Assembly: GCA_963730305.1 (NCBI GenBank)
Contig: CAVSRB010000004.1
Location: forward strand, 1-64,000
Length of the DNA: 64,000 nucleotides
Direction: 5' to 3'
From: an uncultured Alphaproteobacteria bacterium
GTDB taxonomy: Bacteria > Pseudomonadota > Alphaproteobacteria > Bin65
Shown: positions 30,275 through 39,428 of the stretch, piece by piece
Layout of the letters: every line of letters begins with the position of its first letter
Numbering within the stretch: position 1 is the first letter of the stretch
Translations under genes and position numbers: made by a program
The notes under the pieces: model-generated
Seen by the model: only the letters and a program-made list of their open reading frames with translations
The model's database searches: none
Told to the model about the DNA's origin: nothing

Positions 30275-31873
30275 CTAGGCCCCGACCGGCCGCCAGGCCG
30301 GGTCGCCCGCCGCCCGCGCCTGGGTCGCGGCGTCGCGCAGCAGGCGGCGCAGGATGTTGCCGTTGCCCGGATTGCGCGGGATCTCCGTGGCGACGAAGTA
30401 GCCCTTGGGCCGCTTGAAGCCGGCGAGCGGCGAGGCCTTGAAATGGGCGTCGAGCACGGCCGGATCGACCGCGCGCTCGCCCTCCGCCGGAACGACGCAG
30501 CCGACCACGATCTGGCCCCAGTGATCGTCGGCCAGGCCGATCACGGCGCAGTCGGCCACGCCGGGCGCGGTGCGCAGCACGTCCTCGATCTCGCCGGGGT
30601 GGATGTTCTCGCCGCCCGACTTGATCATGTCGTCGGCCCGGCCGCACAGGGTGAAGTAGCCGCGCTCGTCCACGGTGATGACGTCGCCGGTGTAGTACCA
30701 GCCGTCGCGGATCTTCTCGGCGGTGGCGTCGGGCCGGTTGAGGTACTCGGTGAACATGGTGTCCGAGTCGGCAGCGATGATCAGCTCGCCCTCGTCGCCC
30801 GGGCCGATCAGGTCGTCCGGCCCGCCGCCCAGCCGGATGAAGCGCGTGCGGGTGTAATAGCCGGGCCGCAGCGCGTGCGGATCGCCGACCGGGTCGGGGT
30901 TGTAGCCCGAGCACATCGTCTCGGTGGTGCCGTAGATGTGGCGGATGGTGGCGTTCTCCCACTGGGTCGCCATGTGGTCGATCAGGTCCTCGGGGATGAT
31001 CGAGCCGCCATAGAGGACGAGCTCGAGCGAGCGCATCTTCTCCGGCGCGTAGGTGGGCGCGTTGACCATGGCGTAGTAGAGGGTCGGCGCGGCGAAGGTG
31101 TAGGTGATCGCGTTCCGCTCGATCGCGTCGACCGCCGCCGCCGGGTCGAAGCTCGACATCATGTAATAGGTGCCGCCGAAGCCAAGCGTGACCAGGAACA
31201 CGCCGTAGAAGCCGATGCAGTGGGCCAGCGGCATGAAGCCGAACGCGCGGGTATGCGGGCCGTGACGCAGGCCGCCCTGGGTCGCCAGCCAGACGATGCG
31301 GTGCTCCGACGAGCGGTGGGGCAGCACGGCGGCCTTGGGCAGCCCGGTCGTGCCCGAGGTGTAGAAGATCATGCACGGGTCTTCCGGGTCGGGCCGCGGC
31401 ACCGGCGGCAGGGTCGCCGGGTCGCCGACGCACTCGGAAAAGTCCGCCCCCGGCAGGGACGCCTCGCCGGGCGGCCCGAGCGCGACGGTGAACAGCGCGT
31501 CCGTGTTGGGCAGCGCGCCGGCGACGGCCTCGGCGACCTCGGGCTGGGCCATCACCACCGCGCCCTTCATGCCGGCCAGCTCGACCAGCTTGGCGACCTC
31601 GGCCGGCTTGAGCCGGGCGTTGATCAGCGCCGGGATCGCGCCGATGCGCTGCAGCGCGAGGATCGCCAGGGCATGCTCCCACACGCTCGGCAGGCAGGTC
31701 GCCACCCGGTCGCCCGCGCCGATCCCGCGCGCCGCGAAGCCGGCGGCGACCCGGTCCATTTCGGCGATCAGTTCGCGGTAGGTCAGGCGCCGGTCGGTGC
31801 GGTCGTCGACCAGCGCCGGATGGTCCGGCGTCCGCTCGGCCTGGTTCCAGACGAGGTCGTACATGGTCTGCAT
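30275..31873 (-). CDS. AMP-dependent synthetase/ligase (acyl-/aryl-CoA ligase class I adenylate-forming enzyme), 532 aa
   Basis: AMP-binding motif YTSGTTGLPKAA, GYGTTE-like IYGTTET, C-terminal ...KSGGENIHPGEIE. Confidence 0.9.
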   Translation of the reverse strand: MQTMYDLVWNQAERTPDHPALVDDRTDRRLTYRELIAEMDRVAAGFAARGIGAGDRVATCLPSVWEHALAILALQRIGAIPALINARLKPAEVAKLVELAGMKGAVVMAQPEVAEAVAGALPNTDALFTVALGPPGEASLPGADFSECVGDPATLPPVPRPDPEDPCMIFYTSGTTGLPKAAVLPHRSSEHRIVWLATQGGLRHGPHTRAFGFMPLAHCIGFYGVFLVTLGFGGTYYMMSSFDPAAAVDAIERNAITYTFAAPTLYYAMVNAPTYAPEKMRSLELVLYGGSIIPEDLIDHMATQWENATIRHIYGTTETMCSGYNPDPVGDPHALRPGYYTRTRFIRLGGGPDDLIGPGDEGELIIAADSDTMFTEYLNRPDATAEKIRDGWYYTGDVITVDERGYFTLCGRADDMIKSGGENIHPGEIEDVLRTAPGVADCAVIGLADDHWGQIVVGCVVPAEGERAVDPAVLDAHFKASPLAGFKRPKGYFVATEIPRNPGNGNILRRLLRDAATQARAAGDPAWRPVGA

Positions 31874-32416
31874 GGTCAGGCGCCTCCCCCCAGCGTGCGC
31901 GATGCTGGCTATCCTAACGGCGCGACAACGGTCGGCGCTATCCCGTTACCGGCAACCGCGCAGCCCGCCGGTGGCATGGCGTTTTCGCGGGCGCCCGATT
32001 CCTTGAGCGTCATGCCCGCGCAGGCGGGCATCCAGGCCGGTGGCGAAACTGGACCCCCGCCTGCGCGAGGGTGACGGGACAAGGAGTGCTGCCAAGCCGG
32101 CAGCGTCGGAAAACGCGCGAAGGTTATCATCGGTTATCTTTGGTTATCTTCTGGCAGTGGTCCCCGGCTCTCCGCCGCGCTTCGGCCAGGGTGGCGGAGA
32201 TTTTGAATGATCCAAAAAAGACTATTCCGCCCCGGCCGTCGAGCCGGGGCCTACCGAGGCCGGCAACCGCATATGGGAATTAATTCAGAAGCTGCAAGAA
32301 AGATCATCGGCTATCAGCACCCGGCCGCGCGCCCCGTCCGGCGCGAGAGCGGCTGGTCGTCGGCACACGGGGCTCGGGGCGCGCGGGGCTCGGCGCGCGG
32401 GGCGCGCCGTTTCCGG

Positions 32417-33781
32417 TCACCACCCGGGCCGGTCCCGCCACCACCAATCCGGCTTGAACCGCTTGCCGTAGCCCAACGCATTGTCCAGCCACAGCGCGAC
32501 CCGGCGCAGCGGACCGCCGGCCAGCTTCTTCCAGGCTCTGAAGTAGACCCGCCCCAGCCAGGTCTCCGGCAGCTTGTTGTAGGGGCACACCCGGATGCAG
32601 ATGCCGCACTCGGTGCCCTGGTTGGCCCAGAAGCCGAAGCATTTCTCGCCGTCGACGTTCCACTTCCGGATGCCGACGAAGTTCGAATCGTTGTGGAAGG
32701 CGCCGTCGGGCGCACCGTGGGGGATCGCCTTGGGCGGGCAGGCGTCGGCGCACTTGCGGCAGAGGTCGCAGAATTCCTTGACGCCGAATTTCTTCGGCTC
32801 GTCGTGGGCGAGCGGCAGGTCGGTGAAGATCTTGCCGAAGCGCAGGCGCGGCCCGTACTCGGGCGTGATGACCAGGCCGTGGCGGCCGTATTCGCCCAGC
32901 CCCGCCTGGATCGCGTAGGGCACGCACTGGGCGGTGTCGTTGAGCGAGGCGACCGCGCGGTAGCCCAGGTTGCGGATGAACTGGGCGATCGACATGAGAC
33001 AGAGGCCATCCTTCGAGTAGCCGAAGCCGGCGGCCACCCCGCCCAGCGCCGAGGGCATGGTCTGGATCACCTTGCCGGGCATCTCGGTGCCGATGACGAT
33101 GCAGTGGGGCAGGTCTTCGCAGTCGGCGTTGTCCTTCTCGGTCATCGTCTTGGCGTTGAACCGCCTGGTGTAGTGCCAGCGCAGGTCCGTGGACGTGATG
33201 CCGATCAGGTCGGCGCCGAAGATCTTGGCCGCCTGCTTGAGCTGGGCCGCCATCTCGGCCGGGTCGTCGACCGGCTCCTTCTCCGGCGCGGGCGGGGCGT
33301 AGGCGGTGAGGTCGTCGAGGAAGCCCTCGTGCCGCTCCTCGTGCAGGCTGCGCTCGATCAGCAGGTTGGCGCCGACCCAGGCGGCGTTGCGGATGGCGAA
33401 GTCGCGCCGGCGGTAACCCTCGGTGTTGCGCACGCCGATGCCGTGCATGAACATCGACTTGAACCAGGCGATCGCCTTGTCCGAGCGCACCCGTTCGTCC
33501 CACTGGGCGCGGGCGAAGGTGTCGTTGCACGCGTTGAAGCGCCGGAAGCCGTCCTCGATCTCGAAGCCGCAGGCCGCGTCGTAGGGCTGGTGCTTGGGCC
33601 CGTGATAGACCTCCTCCGGGGTCGGCGGGTTGTCGACCGAGAGCGGCGTCGGCCGGTTCGGCCGCGTTGTCGCCTGCGCGGCCGCCGGCGCGCCCTTCGG
33701 CGGCCTGGTCTTGCCCGGCCGCGTTGGCGGCGTGCCGACTGCCTGCCGGCCGGATGCTTGTTTGCCGGTACCCTGTGCCAT
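32417..33781 (-). CDS. Reductive-dehalogenase-like (RdhA family) corrinoid/iron-sulfur protein, cytoplasmic type, 454 aa
   Basis: C-terminal CDLCRKCADACP (Cx2Cx2Cx3CP) followed by CFGFWANQGTECGICIRVCP (Cx10Cx2Cx3CP), the RdhA arrangement rather than QueG; no twin-arginine signal; AGGAA RBS. Confidence 0.55.
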   Translation of the reverse strand: MAQGTGKQASGRQAVGTPPTRPGKTRPPKGAPAAAQATTRPNRPTPLSVDNPPTPEEVYHGPKHQPYDAACGFEIEDGFRRFNACNDTFARAQWDERVRSDKAIAWFKSMFMHGIGVRNTEGYRRRDFAIRNAAWVGANLLIERSLHEERHEGFLDDLTAYAPPAPEKEPVDDPAEMAAQLKQAAKIFGADLIGITSTDLRWHYTRRFNAKTMTEKDNADCEDLPHCIVIGTEMPGKVIQTMPSALGGVAAGFGYSKDGLCLMSIAQFIRNLGYRAVASLNDTAQCVPYAIQAGLGEYGRHGLVITPEYGPRLRFGKIFTDLPLAHDEPKKFGVKEFCDLCRKCADACPPKAIPHGAPDGAFHNDSNFVGIRKWNVDGEKCFGFWANQGTECGICIRVCPYNKLPETWLGRVYFRAWKKLAGGPLRRVALWLDNALGYGKRFKPDWWWRDRPGW

Positions 33782-33806
33782 GGCGTTCCTCCCCGAACGC
33801 GGGCCG

Positions 33807-34640
33807 CTACAGGAAGGCGCGGATCTCCCGGATCAGACCGGCCTCGTCCTCGCCGGCGACGTTGTGGCCGGTGTCGAGCTCGACCAGCGTGAGGTTGGCG
33901 TTCTCCGCCTTCATGCGCACGGCGTTCTCTTCGGAGAACATGTCCGACTTCCGGCCGCGGACGACCAGCACCGGGCAGGATATCGAGGCCAGCGTCTCCC
34001 ACAGGTCGACCGGCTGCTTGGGCGCCTCGCCGGTCTCCAGCACCTTCTTGAAGCGGTCGCGGAAGACCGTGTCGCGCTTGATCGCGAAGCCGCCGTCGAC
34101 CGGCCTGAGATAGGCCTCCATCCGGGCGCGCACCGCCGGGTTCGCCTTGTCGTGGCCGTAATAGTCGAGCGCCGCGTCGACCGAGGCGAAGGCGTCCGGC
34201 ACGCCCGCGACCGATCTGGTCACCCGGTCCGAGCCGGCCTTGGCGTTCTTGGGACTCCAGTCGACCAGGATCAGCTTCTCGACCTTGTCGCCGTGGCCGC
34301 TGGTGTAGAAGGTCGTGTTTCGCCCGCCCATCGAGTGGCCGATCAGGATCGCCCGGTCCCAGCCGAAATGGTCGAGCAGCGTGTCGATGTCCCCGGCGAA
34401 GGCCTTGAGCGAATAGTCCTTGTCCGGGCTCCAGGTCGAATCGCCGAAGCCGCGCATGTCCTGCGCCACCACCTCGCGGTCGGTCGCCAGCGCCGACGCC
34501 ACCCCGGCCCAGTCGTAGGAGAAGTAGGACAGGCCGTGGACGATCAGGATCGGCGTCGCCCCCGGCCGGCCGAACTTCCGGTAGTGCAGGGTGACGTCGC
34601 CCGACGGGCAGGTTCCGGTCTCGTGCGCAGGCAGGGTCAT
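33807..34640 (-). CDS. Alpha/beta hydrolase, 277 aa; start MTLPAHETG
   Basis: HGLSYFS oxyanion region, GHSMGG nucleophile elbow; 25 nt upstream of rdhA-like gene; 60-codon N-terminal extension rejected. Confidence 0.8.
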   Translation of the reverse strand: MTLPAHETGTCPSGDVTLHYRKFGRPGATPILIVHGLSYFSYDWAGVASALATDREVVAQDMRGFGDSTWSPDKDYSLKAFAGDIDTLLDHFGWDRAILIGHSMGGRNTTFYTSGHGDKVEKLILVDWSPKNAKAGSDRVTRSVAGVPDAFASVDAALDYYGHDKANPAVRARMEAYLRPVDGGFAIKRDTVFRDRFKKVLETGEAPKQPVDLWETLASISCPVLVVRGRKSDMFSEENAVRMKAENANLTLVELDTGHNVAGEDEAGLIREIRAFL

Positions 34641-34861
34641 CTCGCTTGGTCTCCTTCCCCGGTGGACTGGCGCGGCATCGTCCGTCGCGGGCCGGCGCGC
34701 CGTTTCCCGCCAACCTAGAGCGAAACAGACGGAAAGGGAATCGGTGCGGCCGACGTGACCGCCGTCACTGCGCGCATGGCGGGCCGGTGGCATGGTCCGG
34801 GCATGAAGGGGCCGCACCACGACGGCCCCGCCCAGGACAGGAACAGGAAAGACCCCGAGCC

Positions 34862-35152
34862 ATGAAGAAGACCGCGCTCTCGCTGATTGCCCCCAAGCTG
34901 GCCGCCGGCCTTTTGGTCGCCGGCGCGCTGACTGCCGGGACGGCCGCCACCGCCGCCGCCAGCCCGGCGATGAACCTGACGATTCCGCGCGTCGACCAGC
35001 AGCAGACCCGCGACGCCCGGCTCAGCAACGTCGGCTACTTCCAGTACCGCCGGGTCTGCCGGCCGGTGATCGCCTACCGGTACGGCCTGTACGGGTGGCG
35101 CCCGTACGTCGCCGGCTACCGCTGCTTCTACCGCTACCACTACGGCTACTAG
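34862..35152 (+). CDS. Small secreted Tyr/Arg/Gly-rich protein (96 aa, 2 Cys)
   Basis: AGGAAAG RBS, signal peptide, C-terminal YFQYRRVCRPVIAYRYGLYGWRPYVAGYRCFYRYHYGY; loosely reminiscent of BA14K-type small periplasmic proteins. Confidence 0.5.
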   Translation: MKKTALSLIAPKLAAGLLVAGALTAGTAATAAASPAMNLTIPRVDQQQTRDARLSNVGYFQYRRVCRPVIAYRYGLYGWRPYVAGYRCFYRYHYGY

Positions 35153-35448
35153 GCCGGTCGCGGCACCGAATGCGTGGCGGCGACGGGCCGGCGGGGTAAT
35201 CGCACTCTCCCAGGCTTCGCCAGCTATGTCCCGCACGCAGGGCGGTCGGCTCACCCGAGCCGGCCGCCCATCTTTTGCCGCCGAATGCGAGCGTTTCGGT
35301 GCCTTTCGACAACTGTTGCATTTTAGCAACGACCAGTCAGATTCGGCGGAACGGGCGCAAACCCGGGCCTTTGCGGCCCGAAGCCGTGCTATAAGCGAGT
35401 CGGTCATGCCATAATCCCATTTGTATGGGCATGCCGGGAGGGGAAAAA

Positions 35449-35748
35449 ATGGGCGTTCGCCTCGAGGTCTACGACCTCGGTGATTGTATCGTAACGGATG
35501 TTGCGGGACGAACACACTGGTTGCGCGAAGGTGTGGCCTTCGCGACACAAATCTTCGAAGACGGTATCGTCCATTTCGGCTACCGGTCGAGCTTGGCATC
35601 GGACGACCGGCTGGACCTACGCGTCGAGCGCACGGAAGTCAGCCGCCTGAAGCTCGCCGGCCTGGCCCGGCGGCGGCGCCTGCGCCTCGACGAGACGCGT
35701 GACCGCCGCGACCCACAGGTGCCCCGGGTCAGCCGCGACCGCCTCTAA
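35449..35748 (+). CDS. Hypothetical protein (~99 aa)
   Basis: Strong RBS GGGAGGGGAAAAAATG, AT-richer start; no domain recognised. Confidence 0.35.
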   Translation: MGVRLEVYDLGDCIVTDVAGRTHWLREGVAFATQIFEDGIVHFGYRSSLASDDRLDLRVERTEVSRLKLAGLARRRRLRLDETRDRRDPQVPRVSRDRL

Positions 35749-35864
35749 GCCGCGCGCGCCCCACCGCCTTTCGGCCTCCGGCGGCAAGAACCGGAGTGCC
35801 TTGATTCCCCCGACCGACGATTGTCCGATCCGCGTGGACCAGTAACGGCAGCGGAGGACGGCGC

Positions 35865-36590
35865 ATGAACGCGACGCAGGCGTCGGCGGACGACATCACC
35901 GATCGGATCCCCGAAGAGGCGCCGATCGGCGCGGCGCTGGACGCGGACGGCTATGCCGTCATCCCCCGCCTGCTGCGCGCGGCGGAATGCCGGGCACTGG
36001 CGGCGCTGTACGATGACGACGGACTGTTCCGCAGCCGCGTGGTGATGAGCCGCCACGGCTTCGGCCGGGGCGAGTACAAGTATTTCGACGAGCCGCTGCC
36101 GGCCCTCGTCGCGGCGCTGCGCACGGCGCTCTATCCGCCGCTCGCCGGCATCGCCAACCGCTGGAGCGCCGCGCTCGGCGACCCGGCGCGCTATCCGGCG
36201 GACCACGCCGCCTTCCGGACCCGCTGCCACCGGGCCGGCCAGACCCGGCCGACGCCGCTGCTGCTGCGCTACGGCGAGGGCGACTACAACTGCCTGCACC
36301 AGGACCTGTACGGCGAGCACGTCTTCCCGCTGCAGGCGGCGATCCTGCTCGCCGAGCCGGGCCGGGACTTCACGGGCGGGGAGTTCGTGCTGACCGAGCA
36401 ACGGCCGCGGATGCAGTCGCGGGCGGCGGTGGTGCCGCTCCGGCGCGGCGACGCGGTCGTGTTCCCGGTGCGCCATCGGCCGGTGCAAGGCTCGCGCGGC
36501 TTCTACCGGGTCACGATGCGCCACGGCGTCAGCCGGGTGCTCGGCGGCCGCCGGCACATGCTGGGCGTCATCTTCCACGATGCCCGGTAG
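35865..36590 (+). CDS. 2OG-Fe(II) oxygenase superfamily protein (prolyl-hydroxylase-like), 241 aa
   Basis: HxD...H facial triad context ([10 protein letters not shown] ... TMRHGVS), DSBH fold length. Confidence 0.7.
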   Translation: MNATQASADDITDRIPEEAPIGAALDADGYAVIPRLLRAAECRALAALYDDDGLFRSRVVMSRHGFGRGEYKYFDEPLPALVAALRTALYPPLAGIANRWSAALGDPARYPADHAAFRTRCHRAGQTRPTPLLLRYGEGDYNCLHQDLYGEHVFPLQAAILLAEPGRDFTGGEFVLTEQRPRMQSRAAVVPLRRGDAVVFPVRHRPVQGSRGFYRVTMRHGVSRVLGGRRHMLGVIFHDAR

Positions 36591-36646
36591 CGGGCGTCGG
36601 CCGGCGGCGCGGGGAAAGGTGGTCGGGGAAAGGTGGTGCGCGGAGG

Positions 36647-38542
36647 CTAGTGGCGGAACAGGCGGCCGCCGTTGCCGCCGGGCTCCTCGAGCCGGCGGCG
36701 CACGGCCTGGCGGCGGACCGGCCGGAACGCCGACAGCTCCTCTTCGCTTTGCACGGCGGGATGCTCGTGCGGCGGAGCGGGTTCGCGCTGGTCGCCATAC
36801 GGATCGGCGGCCTGGTGCCGGTCGGCGGGTTGCGCGTGTTCGGCAGCCGGCGGCTGATGATAGTCCTCGTGGACCGGCGCCGGCTCCAGCGGCCCCTCCA
36901 CCGGCAGCGCCTCGTCGGGGCTGTCGAAGGCGGTGTCGCGATAGCGCCAGCGGTGGACGACCTGGTCGAGGAAGCGCTGGTCGAGGGTATCGGTCATCCA
37001 CATCGTCGAGACCGCGGCGGTGCCGCTGTGCGGCCGCTCGTGCTCGTCGAGCACCCGGAAATGCAGCCGGAAGGGGAAGGAGACGCCCTGGCCGATGACG
37101 ATGCCTTCGCCGTTGCGCAGCGCCGGCAGCACCGACAGCAGGCCCTGGAGCGAGTCGACGATCGACGCGCGGACGTATTCCTGGTCCTCGAAGCTGCTCA
37201 TGCGCAGCGCGATGATCGTGTTGCACTGGGACAAGAGGTCGCTCGACAGCTTGGTCGGGCGCTGGCTGACCACGCATAGGGAGACGCCGTACTTGCGGCC
37301 TTCCTTGGCGATCCGCGACAGCACGCGGCGCGACAGCTCGACCCCGGGCTCGTCTTCCGACGGCGAATAGCGGTGCGCCTCTTCGCAGACCAGCAGGATC
37401 GGGGTCGCCCGGTTGCTCCACAAGGCGAAGTCGAAGGTCAGCCGGCCGATCACCGCGACCACGACCGAGACGACTTCCGACGGCACGCCCGACAGGTCGA
37501 CGATCGACATCGGCTTGCCGTCGACCGGCACCCGGAACAGGCGGGCGAGCAGCAGCGCCATGCGGTCGCGGATGTCGAAGCTGCCGAACATGAAGCCGAA
37601 GCGCGCGTCTTCCTGGAGCGCCTTGATCCGCGCCCGGATGCGGCGATAGGGGCGGCGGTCCTCGGCATCGGAGGTCCGGCCCATCTCGTTCTCGAGGCGG
37701 CGGATCAGGTCCGACAGCCGGTAGGGGAAGGGCGTGTCGACGGTGATCGCCGAATCGGCCTCGCGGTCGCCCAGGTAGTCGCGGCGCGCGAGCGGGATCA
37801 GCTCGCCGAGGATCTCGGCCTCGGCGCTGCCGACGTCGTAGCGGCCGCCGAACAGGACCTGGAGCAGCTCCTCGAAGTTGAGCAGCCAGTAGGGCAGCTC
37901 GAGGTTGCGCGGCGACAGGATCTCGGCCTGGTCGGCGAAGGCGCGGCCATATTCGTTGTGGGGGTCGAGCAGGATGATGTGGGCGTTGGGGTGCTGCTCG
38001 ACCAGGCCGCGCAGGATCACCGTCGTCGCCGACGACTTGCCCGCGCCGGTGGTGCCGAGGATGGCGAAATGCTTGTTGACCAGCTCGTCGGTCAGGATGT
38101 GGGCGCCGATGCTGGAATCCTGGTGCAGGGTGCCGATCCGGATGTTCGACACTTCCGGCGGCGCATAGACCAGGGCCAGGTCCTGGTTGGTCGCGGCATA
38201 GATGGTGGTGCCGAGCGAGGGCATCATCGAGATGCCGCGGCGGAACTGGTGGCCCTCGCCGTCGCGGGTCGAGGCTTCGCCGAGCAGGGCGAGCTCGAAG
38301 ATCTTGAACTCGCGGTCCGACGCGGACTCGCGCGGCAGCGGGATCGAGAGCGCGGTGATCAGGCCGAAGACCGTGCCCTGCGCCGTGCGCATCTTCACCA
38401 GCGAGCCCATCTGCAGATAGTCGTGGACGGTCTCCTCGTTCTGGCCCTCGGCCGCCTCGACCATGCAGATCACGCTCGAGCCGGAGACCGAGACCACTCG
38501 GCCGATGGTCAGTTCGGGGGTCGTCGGGTGGGTGCCGTCCAT
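36647..38542 (-). CDS. HerA/FtsK-superfamily ATPase with N-terminal HAS-barrel and DUF87 core, 631 aa, acidic His/Pro-rich C-terminal tail
   Basis: HAS-barrel (GRVVSVSGSSVICMV...), Walker A ILGTTGAGKSSAT, ILLDPHNEY, Walker B ILLVCEEAHRY, HerA-typical AKEGRKYGVSLCVVSQRP...SQCNTIIALRMS. Confidence 0.8.
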   Translation of the reverse strand: MDGTHPTTPELTIGRVVSVSGSSVICMVEAAEGQNEETVHDYLQMGSLVKMRTAQGTVFGLITALSIPLPRESASDREFKIFELALLGEASTRDGEGHQFRRGISMMPSLGTTIYAATNQDLALVYAPPEVSNIRIGTLHQDSSIGAHILTDELVNKHFAILGTTGAGKSSATTVILRGLVEQHPNAHIILLDPHNEYGRAFADQAEILSPRNLELPYWLLNFEELLQVLFGGRYDVGSAEAEILGELIPLARRDYLGDREADSAITVDTPFPYRLSDLIRRLENEMGRTSDAEDRRPYRRIRARIKALQEDARFGFMFGSFDIRDRMALLLARLFRVPVDGKPMSIVDLSGVPSEVVSVVVAVIGRLTFDFALWSNRATPILLVCEEAHRYSPSEDEPGVELSRRVLSRIAKEGRKYGVSLCVVSQRPTKLSSDLLSQCNTIIALRMSSFEDQEYVRASIVDSLQGLLSVLPALRNGEGIVIGQGVSFPFRLHFRVLDEHERPHSGTAAVSTMWMTDTLDQRFLDQVVHRWRYRDTAFDSPDEALPVEGPLEPAPVHEDYHQPPAAEHAQPADRHQAADPYGDQREPAPPHEHPAVQSEEELSAFRPVRRQAVRRRLEEPGGNGGRLFRH

Positions 38543-38558
38543 ACAATTCTCTTCCGGT

Positions 38559-39428
38559 TCAGGCGACGCCGCGGGGCGCGGCCGTCATGTCTTGCGTTTC
38601 CGTGCCGGTGACGACCCGGATGGCGGGGAATGCCAGGGTGGCGACGCGGCGGCCGTCCTCGGCCGTCTTGAAGCCCAGCGTCGCGTCGTGGATGCTGGCC
38701 AGGAAGTTGGCGCGCATCTCGTCGAAGTCGGAGCGGCCCGAGGCTTCCGACGTCATGGTGGCGGCGGGGTCGGTGGCCTCGGTGCTGACGATCTGGAAGA
38801 CCATCTTGCCGTTGTCGACGCAGCGCACGACGACCTCGACCGCCGAACCGGCGGGCGACAGGCGGATCGCCTCGCCGAGCACGTCGATCAGCATCTGCTG
38901 GACGCATTCCTCGTCGGCATAGAGCGGCGGCAGGGCGCGGCCGAGCCGGGCCTGGACCTTGACGTCCTTGCCCTGGGCGAGCTCGCGCACCGACTGGTAG
39001 GCGGTGCGGATGACCGCGCCGACGTCGACCCGGATCTCGTGCAGCGCCCGGGCGGGCGGCAGCAGCATCGCGTGTTCCTGGTTGAAGGACTCGATCAGGC
39101 CCATCAGGTCCTGGCCGCTCGAATGGATGTCGTTGGCGTATTCGCGATAGCGCTCGGGCATCGGACCCCGCGCCTCCTCGCGCATCAGCGCCGAGAAGCC
39201 GATGATCGCGTTGAGCAGCGTGCGCAGCTCGTGGCTCATGTTGACGAGGTAGTCGGATTCCGCCCGGGTCTGCTCCAGCACCCGGCGCAGCGAGGTCGCC
39301 AAGGCTTCGGCGCGCTGCTGGGTGTCGCGCAGCGCCGTTTCGGCCTTGCGCTGGCGCACCAGGTGGCCGAGCTGTGCCGAATAGGTCGCCAGAAACGACG
39401 AGCCGCTCGTCTGATTACCAAACATCAA
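38559..39428 (-). CDS. Soluble histidine-kinase-like protein with intact HisKA H-box but degenerate HATPase_c (pseudo-kinase), 289 aa
   Basis: H-box NMSHELRTLLNAIIGFSALM; N-box Asn residues replaced (LIDVLGEAIRLS), G1 (VDNGKMVF) and G2 (ATLGFKTA) non-canonical; no TM segments; 16 nt upstream of herA-like gene. Confidence 0.6.
   Translation of the reverse strand: MMFGNQTSGSSFLATYSAQLGHLVRQRKAETALRDTQQRAEALATSLRRVLEQTRAESDYLVNMSHELRTLLNAIIGFSALMREEARGPMPERYREYANDIHSSGQDLMGLIESFNQEHAMLLPPARALHEIRVDVGAVIRTAYQSVRELAQGKDVKVQARLGRALPPLYADEECVQQMLIDVLGEAIRLSPAGSAVEVVVRCVDNGKMVFQIVSTEATDPAATMTSEASGRSDFDEMRANFLASIHDATLGFKTAEDGRRVATLAFPAIRVVTGTETQDMTAAPRGVA

Noticed and set aside
32071-32283. 70-aa ORF spanning the GGTTATC repeat array
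   Set aside because: No RBS, Arg-rich, and the repeats are more parsimoniously a DNA-level regulatory array than coding sequence.
35745-38546. 933-aa minus-strand ORF overlapping the 2OG oxygenase and herA-like gene in another frame
   Set aside because: Arg/Pro-rich shadow frame. herA-like gene (36647..38542) has clear motifs in its own frame.
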